Shown here piece by piece: positions 28,691-35,046 of a stretch of 64,000 bases of DNA. Origin of the DNA: a virus (Duplodnaviria; Caudoviricetes); the IMG/VR virus record IMGVR_UViG_642973577_000001, positions 64,001 to 128,000 of that record. One strand, given 5' to 3'. The notes beneath the pieces are model-generated. The model was given only the letters and a program-made list of their open reading frames with translations. It was not told the origin of the DNA and made no database searches. How positions within the stretch are numbered: the stretch's first letter is position 1; each line of letters opens with the position of its first letter. The position numbers and the translations under genes are program-made.

Positions 28691-28824
28691 GGTCTCGGGT
28701 CGAGAGAGTCTGTCGGTTATCGCTGGTTCGATTCCTGCCGGGTCCACCCATGGACCCGTCGCTCCATGGCGGAGCACCCAGCTAGCGGCTGGGATTCCGG
28801 CACTCAACACCCATATCCGAGACT
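28691..28824 (+). ncRNA. Y RNA-like (YrlA-type) RNA 1; arm order T-acceptor-D-anticodon
   Basis: 10 bp terminal stem, GGTCGA and GTCGGTTATC/CCGGC motifs enclosing permuted cloverleaf. Confidence 0.75.
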
Positions 28825-28827
28825 TCT

Positions 28828-28900
28828 GGGGATGCATGTTCCTTGGGGGCGACTGATCCTTGCAAGATCGGTGAGGTGGGTTCGATTCCCATCATCTCCA
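28828..28900 (+). tRNA. tRNA-Ala(TGC)
   Basis: G3:U70, loop CT-TGC-AA. Confidence 0.85.
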
Positions 28901-28904
28901 CTTT

Positions 28905-28976
28905 GTGCTGATGGCCGAGATGGTTAGGCACTGGGTTGCAACCCCAGGCACGCAGGTTCGAGTCCTGTTCGGCACT
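28905..28976 (+). tRNA. tRNA-Cys(GCA)
   Basis: loop TT-GCA-AC, U73. Confidence 0.9.
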
Positions 28977-29009
28977 CAAAGCCCCGCTGGAGGCTTCATA
29001 TCCGGCTCT

Positions 29010-29080
29010 GGTCCTATGGGGTAGTGGTAGCCCATCTCCCTCTCACGGAGACGGCCCGAGTTCAATTCTCGGTAGGACTG
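29010..29080 (+). tRNA. tRNA-Glu(CTC)
   Basis: loop CT-CTC-AC, canonical cloverleaf. Confidence 0.9.
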
Positions 29081-29082
29081 CT

Positions 29083-29153
29083 GTGGCCATAGTTCAATGG
29101 CAGAACGCCGGGTTGTGATCCCGGTCGCGAGGGTTCGATTCCCTCTGGTCACC
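29083..29153 (+). tRNA. tRNA-His(GTG)
   Basis: loop TT-GTG-AT, C73; genomic -1 base is T. Confidence 0.9.
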
Positions 29154-29155
29154 CC

Positions 29156-29226
29156 GCGCTCGTGGCATATTGGTTGTGCTCCAGCCTTCCAAGCTGGCTA
29201 AGCAGGTTCGATTCCTGTCGGGCGCT
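29156..29226 (+). tRNA. tRNA-Gly(TCC)
   Basis: loop CT-TCC-AA, U73. Confidence 0.88.
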
Positions 29227-29383
29227 CGCAGTATTCGCAGTATCACCCGCAAGGGGGCGCACCAAGGCTTACCACCTACGCAGGCAGTCGACGGCCTCGA
29301 AACGGTACATGGACCTCCTGGATGTCCTGGGGAGGTGCAACGGGCAAGCCGGAGACTTCACCCGCCGGTCTACAGGGCATCAT

Positions 29384-29456
29384 GGGGCTGTAGCTCAATC
29401 GGTAGAGCGTCTCGCTGGCAGTGAGAAGGCAGTCGGTTCGATCCCGACCAGTTCCA
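29384..29456 (+). tRNA. tRNA-Ala(GGC)
   Basis: G3:U70, loop CT-GGC-AG. Confidence 0.92.
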
Positions 29457-29489
29457 CGTACCGTCTTGAGGCGCGTTAGTCCTCAGCTT

Positions 29490-29561
29490 GCCTTCATAGC
29501 TCAGTTGGTAGAGCGTCGGACTGAAAACCCGGAGGCCGTGGTTCGATTCCACGTGTTGGCA
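29490..29561 (+). tRNA. tRNA-Phe(GAA)
   Basis: loop CT-GAA-AA; two U-U pairs in acceptor. Confidence 0.88.
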
Positions 29562-29565
29562 CAAT

Positions 29566-29633
29566 GCTCCTCTAGTCTGGGACAGAAGTCGGGTCACATC
29601 CGATCGAGCGGGGTTCGATTCCCTGGGGGAGTA
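29566..29633 (+). tRNA. tRNA-Val(CAC), miniature D-arm
   Basis: GTCGG-GTCACAT-CCGAT anticodon arm, normal T-arm, D-arm GTC-TGG-GAC. Confidence 0.65.
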
Positions 29634-29646
29634 CGCAAGATCTAAT

Positions 29647-29720
29647 GGCCCTAGAGCACGGTCTGGTAGTGCTACGGACTCTTAATCCGCAGGTCGTAGG
29701 TTCAAATCCTACTGGGGCCA
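29647..29720 (+). tRNA. tRNA-Lys(CTT)
   Basis: loop CT-CTT-AA. Confidence 0.88.
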
Positions 29721-29731
29721 CTTCACCTTAT

Positions 29732-29804
29732 GCGCTCGTAGCTCAGCTGGTAGAGCTGCTGACTCTTAATCAGCATGTCGGGGGTTCGAGTCCCTCCGGG
29801 CGTA
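29732..29804 (+). tRNA. tRNA-Lys(CTT), second divergent copy
   Basis: loop CT-CTT-AA, canonical. Confidence 0.92.
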
Positions 29805-29818
29805 CGTTAGAATTAGCT

Positions 29819-30124
29819 ATGAGTGCTAATTCTGAGGCCGTGTCTCGTACGCGGCGCAAGCACAAGGCTCTGCTGGTCGCAGAGCACGGTGGCAAGTGTC
29901 TGGACTGCGGGGTCGCTTACCCGCCGTACGTGATGCAGTTCGATCATCGGGACACGACGATGAAGGCCTTCGGCCTGAGCGGCAAGTCCCAAACCTGGTC
30001 ACTCGCCCGGAAACGAGCGGAGGCCGAGAAGTGCGACCTGGTGTGTGCGAATTGCCACGCCATCAGGACGCACAAACAGCGGTGTGGAGGATGCGAACTC
30101 TGCACCAGTGTGCTTGAGGTGTAA
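29819..30124 (+). CDS. HNH endonuclease
   Basis: GGKCLDCG..MQFDH..EAEKCDLVCANCHAIRT; ATG 6 nt after TAGAAT. Confidence 0.85.
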   Translation: MSANSEAVSRTRRKHKALLVAEHGGKCLDCGVAYPPYVMQFDHRDTTMKAFGLSGKSQTWSLARKRAEAEKCDLVCANCHAIRTHKQRCGGCELCTSVLEV

Positions 30125-30182
30125 ATGGTCGCACGACACCTTGCCAAGGTGTAGGAAGCCGGTTCGATCCCGGTCAGGCACT
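30110..30182 (+). tRNA. tRNA-Gly(GCC)
   Basis: loop TT-GCC-AA; overlaps HNH 3' end. Confidence 0.88.
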
Positions 30183-30261
30183 CGTCGCCGTACCGGTTCA
30201 GCCGGTCGCATAGTGAGAAGTGGCAACCTCATCGCTGGCCCAGCGAAACAGGGCACTCGAT

Positions 30262-30336
30262 GGCCTATCGGTCCAGTCTGGAGTGGACACCGCCCTGTCA
30301 CGGCGGAGAGCACGGGTTCAAATCCCGTATAGGTCG
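30262..30336 (+). tRNA. tRNA-Asp(GTC)
   Basis: loop CT-GTC-AC, G73. Confidence 0.9.
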
Positions 30337-30339
30337 CGT

Positions 30340-30414
30340 CGGAGTGTAGCGAGGTTCGATTCCTCGGGGTCCGGGAGAAATCCTTGTCCCGTTGTGTCTG
30401 GCGATGCAGCTCCG
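30340..30414 (+). ncRNA. small T-arm-containing structured RNA (putative)
   Basis: CGGAG/CTCCG closing stem around CGAGG-TTCGATT-CCTCG. Confidence 0.4.
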
Positions 30415-30417
30415 TAT

Positions 30418-30490
30418 GCCTGTGTAGCTCATCTGGCAGAGCGCCCTGCTCATAACGGGGAGGTAAGTGGTTCGAGACCACTCATAGGTA
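30418..30490 (+). tRNA. tRNA-Met(CAT) elongator (or Ile2)
   Basis: loop CT-CAT-AA. Confidence 0.88.
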
Positions 30491-30493
30491 CAA

Positions 30494-30587
30494 GGTGACA
30501 GCGGGACTAGACCCCCGGTGCCCTGCTGCGGCGAAACTTCTGCGCACCGTCTATGCGTGGACCGGTGAAAATCCGGCGCTGTAGCCA
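30494..30587 (+). ncRNA. acceptor/T-loop-like structured RNA (putative)
   Basis: GGTGACAGCG/CGCTGTAGCC stem adjacent to CCGG-TGAAAAT-CCGG hairpin. Confidence 0.4.
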
Positions 30588-30588
30588 A

Positions 30589-30662
30589 GCCTGTTAGCGG
30601 ACTGGTCGTCCGATCCAAGCTGATAACTTGGCGCAAGGAGTGTTCGATTCACTCAGCAGGTA
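30589..30662 (+). tRNA. tRNA-Ile(GAT)
   Basis: CCAAG-CTGATAA-CTTGG anticodon arm. Confidence 0.85.
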
Positions 30663-30663
30663 C

Positions 30664-30803
30664 GTTCGATGGGCCGATGGAATGTCGGTTATCTCCCGCA
30701 GCCAACCTTTGCGGGGTAGCTCAGTTGGTAGAGCGCCACCCTTTAAGGTGGAGGTCGTCGGTTCGAGTCCGATCCCTTTCCGGCTCCGCTCATGCCCATC
30801 AAC
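30664..30803 (+). ncRNA. Y RNA-like RNA 2; arm order acceptor-D-anticodon-T
   Basis: GATGGGC/GCCCATC stem, GGCCGA, GTCGGTTATC/CCGGC; acceptor hairpin with internal G-CCA. Confidence 0.75.
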
Positions 30804-30808
30804 ACAAT

Positions 30809-30881
30809 CTCCCGGTGGTTCAACGGATAGAGCGCCAGACTACGAATCTGGAGAGTGGGGGTTCGATTCCCTCTCGGGAGA
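30809..30881 (+). tRNA. tRNA-Arg(ACG)
   Basis: loop CT-ACG-AA. Confidence 0.9.
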
Positions 30882-30883
30882 CA

Positions 30884-30993
30884 AAGCACGGGCCGATCGG
30901 TCGTCGGTTATCGTTTAACGGAAAAACAATTCACTCATAATGAATCACTCCGGGTTCGAGTCCCGGTTCCGGCTCCATTAAATGCCCGTGTTT
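30884..30993 (+). ncRNA. Y RNA-like RNA 3; D-anticodon(CAT)-T with Y stem as acceptor
   Basis: AAGCACGGGC/GCCCGTGTTT stem, GGCCGA, GTCGGTTATC/CCGGC-TCCA. Confidence 0.7.
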
Positions 30994-30997
30994 CAAT

Positions 30998-31068
30998 GCT
31001 GGATTAGCATAGTGGTAGTGCCCTTCCTTGGTATGGAAGTAGCCGGGGTTCGATTCCCCGATTCAGCT
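30998..31068 (+). tRNA. tRNA-Thr(GGT)
   Basis: loop TT-GGT-AT. Confidence 0.9.
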
Positions 31069-31074
31069 CGCAAT

Positions 31075-31146
31075 GCTCTTGTAGCTCAGTGGTAGAGCAC
31101 CAGCCCGACATGCTGGTTGTCCGAGGTTCGATTCCTCGTTGGAGCA
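31075..31146 (+). tRNA. tRNA-Val(GAC)
   Basis: loop CC-GAC-AT (C33). Confidence 0.85.
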
Positions 31147-31149
31147 CGT

Positions 31150-31284
31150 TGGATGGGTCGACCGCAGGTCGGTTATCTCCTGTCAAGAGGGTGGTCGCGG
31201 GTTCGATTCCCGTCGTCGTTCCTGGAACGGCGTAGCTCAGTGGTAGAGCACCAAAAACACCGGCAGCATCCCCATATCCATCCA
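31150..31284 (+). ncRNA. Y RNA-like RNA 4 (closest to classic YrlA); arm order anticodon-T-acceptor-D
   Basis: TGGATGGGT/ATCCATCCA stem, GGTCGA, GTCGGTTATC/CCGGC; canonical T and D arms flanking closed acceptor hairpin. Confidence 0.8.
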
Positions 31285-31325
31285 TCACCTAGCTCCAGGT
31301 CGCCCTCCGGGACTGGCCTGGCTTT

Positions 31326-31396
31326 GCCTCCATCGTTCAGTGGTAGGACGCCTGCCTTGTAAGCAGGCTGCGGGCGTTCGATTCGTCCTGGAGGCT
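31326..31396 (+). tRNA. tRNA-Thr(TGT)
   Basis: loop CT-TGT-AA. Confidence 0.9.
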
Positions 31397-31402
31397 CTCT
31401 AT

Positions 31403-31476
31403 GGTTCGGTGGTCTGCTGGCTGTGCCACTCAGGTTTTCACCCTGGGATACGCGGGTTCGATTCCCGTCCGAACTA
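31403..31476 (+). tRNA. tRNA-Glu(TTC)
   Basis: loop TT-TTC-AC; weak D stem. Confidence 0.8.
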
Positions 31477-31560
31477 CGGTGGGGGAGGCAGCAGTCGAGA
31501 GCTGTCCCGTTCGGGGCTACCAAGCACCCGGCGGTGGGCGCAGGCACTCCCCCTCCCAGT

Positions 31561-31633
31561 GCTGGTGAAGCGTGAACGGTTTACGCACGGCCCTCGTAAC
31601 GCCGAGAAGTCGGTTCGACTCCGACCTCCAGCT
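31561..31633 (+). tRNA. tRNA-Thr(CGT)
   Basis: loop CT-CGT-AA. Confidence 0.85.
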
Positions 31634-31697
31634 CCCTGGCTTGGGATGGCAGGCCGATCTGTACCGTGTCGGCGGGCAATACCGACACCATCCCTCT

Positions 31698-31767
31698 ACC
31701 CTCGCCAGCGGACCTGGCGTGAGGCCTCCGACGCCACACTGCGGGAGTTCGACTCTCTCCGGGGGTG
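31698..31767 (+). tRNA. tRNA-Arg(CCG), atypical D-arm
   Basis: ACCCTCG/CGGGGGT acceptor, loop CT-CCG-AC, T-loop TTCGACT. Confidence 0.65.
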
Positions 31768-31796
31768 CTTTCCGGCACAGGGGGTACACTCTCCTT

Positions 31797-32198
31797 GTGA
31801 CGACTCAAGCACGACGCGATTACATGCGCGAGTACCAGCGCAAGTGGAAGGCCCAGCGCCGTGCTGACTACTTCGCCGACAAGGCCTGCGTACGGTGCGG
31901 GTCCACCGAGAACCTCCGGCTCGATCACATCGACCCGGCCAAGAAGGTGGACCACAAGATCTGGACGTGGAGCCAGGAACGCCGCGAGGCCGAGCTGGAA
32001 AAGTGCCAGGTGCTCTGTCAGCCCTGTCACGACGCGAAGACCGCCGAGGACATGGGGTGGAAGCTCTGCGGCACCAAGCGGGCCTACAACAACGGCTGCC
32101 GCGAGGCACCGTGCAGGCTCGCGAACACCGAACACAGGCGCAAGATGCGCGCCCAGAAGGCCGCTGTAGCTCATGCGGACAGAGCGACCGTTTCCTAA
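31797..32198 (+). CDS. HNH endonuclease
   Basis: CVRCGSTENLRLDHIDP..KCQVLCQPCHDAKT; GTG 7 nt after TACACT. Confidence 0.88.
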   Translation: MTTQARRDYMREYQRKWKAQRRADYFADKACVRCGSTENLRLDHIDPAKKVDHKIWTWSQERREAELEKCQVLCQPCHDAKTAEDMGWKLCGTKRAYNNGCREAPCRLANTEHRRKMRAQKAAVAHADRATVS

Positions 32199-32233
32199 AC
32201 GGTAGGCAGGGGGTTCGAGTCCTCCCAGCGGTG
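32160..32233 (+). tRNA. tRNA-Arg(CCT)
   Basis: loop TT-CCT-AA; contains the HNH stop codon. Confidence 0.9.
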
Positions 32234-32266
32234 CTTGGATCTGGTACTACACTGTGGCGTTCCCAT

Positions 32267-32339
32267 TGAGGTGTGGTCTGCTGGCAGGCCAGCGGGCCTT
32301 TGACCCCCGCCTCCGTAGGTTCGATTCCTGCCACCTCAG
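32267..32339 (+). tRNA. tRNA-Gln(TTG)
   Basis: U1:A72, G73, loop CT-TTG-AC. Confidence 0.8.
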
Positions 32340-32340
32340 C

Positions 32341-32416
32341 GCCTCTGTAGCTCAGTGGATAGAGCACCGAGTTTCTACCTCGGGTGCCGGGAGTTCGATC
32401 CTCTCCAGGGGCACCA
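32341..32416 (+). tRNA. tRNA-Arg(TCT)
   Basis: loop TT-TCT-AC, encoded CCA. Confidence 0.92.
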
Positions 32417-32418
32417 TG

Positions 32419-32491
32419 GGGGCGTTGGTGAACGCGGCTATCACTCTTGGCTTTTACCCTTGAATACCGGGATCGAGACCCGGACGCCCCA
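32419..32491 (+). tRNA. tRNA-Lys(TTT)
   Basis: loop CT-TTT-AC, weak anticodon stem, ATCGAGA T-loop. Confidence 0.7.
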
Positions 32492-32492
32492 C

Positions 32493-32825
32493 TCAATAAC
32501 CGAGGCGGTCCGCGCCCGCGTGGGTGATGTAGCAGACCATGCGAGCCTTGCCCGTCCGCCCGGTCCGCCGCGTCTCATTGCCGTTGCGCTCGATCTGCCC
32601 CAGAGCGCGTAGGTCTCCGGCGCGGCGTCGGTAGCCGTCCTCCACCAGATCGAAGCCGCATGCCTCCATGGCCTCCTCGTCGGTTAGACCGGCGGGGTAG
32701 GCGTCAGCGTAGGCCTGCAGCAGCGCGACCTGAATGCTCTCGCGCCGCTGGCGCTCCGGCACCGCGTCATGCGACGTCTCGGGGTCGCTCGTCCTCACGA
32801 ACTCGTTGCCTGCTGGTGTGGTCAC
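32493..32825 (-). CDS. winged-helix DNA-binding protein (putative)
   Basis: RTSDPETSHDA..GLTDEEA..RRRAGDL motif; AGGAAGG SD. Confidence 0.7.
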   Translation of the reverse strand: MTTPAGNEFVRTSDPETSHDAVPERQRRESIQVALLQAYADAYPAGLTDEEAMEACGFDLVEDGYRRRAGDLRALGQIERNGNETRRTGRTGKARMVCYITHAGADRLGY

Positions 32826-33003
32826 TCGGGACCCCTTCCTGTGGGTGGGTGTGACCGGCCTTGAGACCGGCCTTGTCGCAGTGCTTGCCGCACGGCAGGC
32901 AGTGGGGGTTCTCGCCCCAGCTGCCGAAGTAGTGGCGGCTGGTGATGCCGCTCAGATCGTACCCGCATCGCTCGCAGGTGATTATTCGCCGAACAGTACC
33001 CAT
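32767..33003 (-). CDS. small zinc-finger protein (putative)
   Basis: MGTVRRIITCERCG..CLPCGKHC; GGAGGT SD; overlaps neighbours. Confidence 0.45.
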   Translation of the reverse strand: MGTVRRIITCERCGYDLSGITSRHYFGSWGENPHCLPCGKHCDKAGLKAGHTHPQEGVPSDHTSRQRVREDERPRDVA

Positions 33004-34838
33004 CGGTTCGACACCTCCTCGGGCATCTCGGCCAGCTCGATGTCCTCCGGGGTCAACTCCTCGGTAGTGCCCTGCGTGGCCGCTGACAGCCGCATGCGGG
33101 CCTGGCAGATGTGCCAGATCCGTTCCTCCACCGAGTCCTCGGTGATCATCACGTACGACGTCAGGCCCTCCAGGTAGGAGTCGGCCCGGTCGATGCGCTT
33201 GTTGCGCTGGGTGAGCAGGTCGTAGTCGCGGATCGGGTCGATGTTGATCACGTACCGGGCGTTCTGGAACGACAGCCCCAGCGCCCCGGCGTCCGAGGAC
33301 AGGAACGCCACCACGTTGGGCTGGGCCTTGAAGGTGTCCACAGCCTTCTGCGACAGCCGACGGCTCTGTCCGGTGCCCCAGTGCTTCACGTGGCGCACGC
33401 GCAGCTTCGGACTGATCAGATGCAGCCCGCCGGTCGTCCAGTGCACGAAGCAGACGGCCTGGTCGTACTGCTCGGCGATACCGTCGAGCATCTCGTTCAG
33501 CAGGTCGATCTTGGGCGCGTGGCCCTCGGCCAGGTGGGGGTGCTCGGCCATGATGTCGGCGGCGATCTGGTCCTCGGTGACCCGCAGCGCCTCCGGGGTG
33601 ATGGCCACCATCTGCAGCAGCCGCATGTACGGACCGGGGTCCAGACCCTTGCCCAGGACCGCCTTGCGGGCCTCCTCGGTGATCACCTCGAACGCCTCGC
33701 GCTGGCCGTCGCTGGCCTGCACCATGACCGGGATGGTGGGCATGTTCGACTTTCGGCGCACGGCCATCGTCCGGTCGGCTACCCGGTGGCGGACCTCCTG
33801 GAGCTTGGCGTGGTCCCAGTTGTACGTGGTCAGCGGGAACGAGCCACCGTTGCGGGTCGGCTGCATCTTGGTCTTCACCTCGCGGGCGTACCGCTCCACG
33901 AAGTCCTTCTTGGTGCCCAGCGGGTTCGATCGCGGATGACCGTCGAGCGAGAAGACGTCCCGGAACCGCAGCGGCGACGGGCCGACCACGGTGGCCGACA
34001 TCGGCCACACGGTGGCCTCGCACTCGCGGGTGAGCTTGTCCAGGGCGGCACGGGTCTGGTTCTGGCCCTCGTCGGCGATCAGTTTCTGGGCCTCGTCCAG
34101 GATGAACAGGACCCGCTTGCCCTTGGTCAGCGCGGAGATCTCGTCGTAGTCGAACTTGAGCTTCTCGAAGTTCATCACCAGCACGTGGTGGCCCCCGGAG
34201 TAGATCTTGCGCCTGCGAGGCTTCCCGCCGTCGGTGAGCACCGCGTCCAGACCGGCGTTGTGCAGGAACCGGTAGAGGTTGATCTTGAGGTCGCTCGTCG
34301 TGGCCGCGATGACCAGATCCACGCCCATGCCCAGGCCCTCGTACTCCTGGAGCCGCCGGATGGCCGCTCCGGCGCAGAAGCTCTTCCCGGCACCGGCAGA
34401 CCAGTTCCAGAAGAAGAACCGCTCCTCGTTGGACTTGCGGCCCAGCAGGTGGCGCTCCAGGGCCTTGTTCAGGCTGAACACCTGGTAGTCCAGCAGCTCG
34501 TAGCCAGGGACCTCGAACGGGGTCGACCAGCGAGCGTGGTCCTCCAGGATGCCTCGGGTCGACTCCTCGAAGATGACCGCCCAGCCGTCCTTGGCGATGT
34601 GCTCCAGGAAGGGGTCCAGCAGGAAGGTCTCGTTGAGAACCAGGTGGCGGGACATCCATTTGTGATAAGCTCGGTAGAACTCTTGCCGGTTGTCCCAGTC
34701 GCCCACGTCGAAGTACAGGCAGCCAGGGTAGTCGGGGTGCTCCTGCACCATTGCGATGCGATCGGGGTGGATGGGGACGTTGAGGAGTCGCTCGATCTCG
34801 GCGTCCACGTCATCGGCAGGAAGGTGCATTTGAGCCAA
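32982..34838 (-). CDS. SNF2-family helicase
   Basis: GAGKS, DEAQ, SAT, GLSFQNA..QRNKRIDR motifs. Confidence 0.88.
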   Translation of the reverse strand: MAQMHLPADDVDAEIERLLNVPIHPDRIAMVQEHPDYPGCLYFDVGDWDNRQEFYRAYHKWMSRHLVLNETFLLDPFLEHIAKDGWAVIFEESTRGILEDHARWSTPFEVPGYELLDYQVFSLNKALERHLLGRKSNEERFFFWNWSAGAGKSFCAGAAIRRLQEYEGLGMGVDLVIAATTSDLKINLYRFLHNAGLDAVLTDGGKPRRRKIYSGGHHVLVMNFEKLKFDYDEISALTKGKRVLFILDEAQKLIADEGQNQTRAALDKLTRECEATVWPMSATVVGPSPLRFRDVFSLDGHPRSNPLGTKKDFVERYAREVKTKMQPTRNGGSFPLTTYNWDHAKLQEVRHRVADRTMAVRRKSNMPTIPVMVQASDGQREAFEVITEEARKAVLGKGLDPGPYMRLLQMVAITPEALRVTEDQIAADIMAEHPHLAEGHAPKIDLLNEMLDGIAEQYDQAVCFVHWTTGGLHLISPKLRVRHVKHWGTGQSRRLSQKAVDTFKAQPNVVAFLSSDAGALGLSFQNARYVINIDPIRDYDLLTQRNKRIDRADSYLEGLTSYVMITEDSVEERIWHICQARMRLSAATQGTTEELTPEDIELAEMPEEVSNRWVLFGE

Positions 34839-35023
34839 AGTCTACCAGGTCGCTATAGGCCAGCTACAGGGTTTCCAGGGTGGTGGCCAGGGCGTTTGCC
34901 AGAGGGCTGTAGAGCGTGTAAAACAGATATGATCTTGGGAGGGGATCAAGGGGTGGGGCACGAAGTGCGGATTCTCTCTCGTATCTCTTCCGGTTGAGAA
35001 CCCAGGTTCACTGGTTGAGGTAC

Positions 35024-35046
35024 CGTTTCTCCAACCTGGAGAAACG
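35024..35046. repeat. perfect 10 bp inverted repeat in divergent intergenic region
   Basis: CGTTTCTCCA-ACC-TGGAGAAACG. Confidence 0.7.

Noticed and set aside
28777-28793. Pyrrolysine/amber tRNA (CTA in loop)
   Set aside because: CTA occupies positions 32-34, not the anticodon, and the arms are permuted
29340-30586. Cobalamin riboswitch-like pieces (AAGCCGGAGAC, CCGGTGAAAATCCGG)
   Set aside because: Wrong order, 1.2 kb apart, no GGGAA or CCCGC..ACTG core
30710-30780. Ochre suppressor tRNA (TTA)
   Set aside because: Loop is 6 nt and the 3' acceptor strand lies upstream; it is the permuted domain of Y-like RNA 2
27800-32500. tmRNA or rRNA gene
   Set aside because: No spacer long enough and no tag ORF recognised
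27336-32612. ORFs crossing tRNA genes, including starts 29645 and 31572 for HNHs
   Set aside because: They read through tRNA sequences; downstream starts at 29819 and 31797 fit -10 elements better
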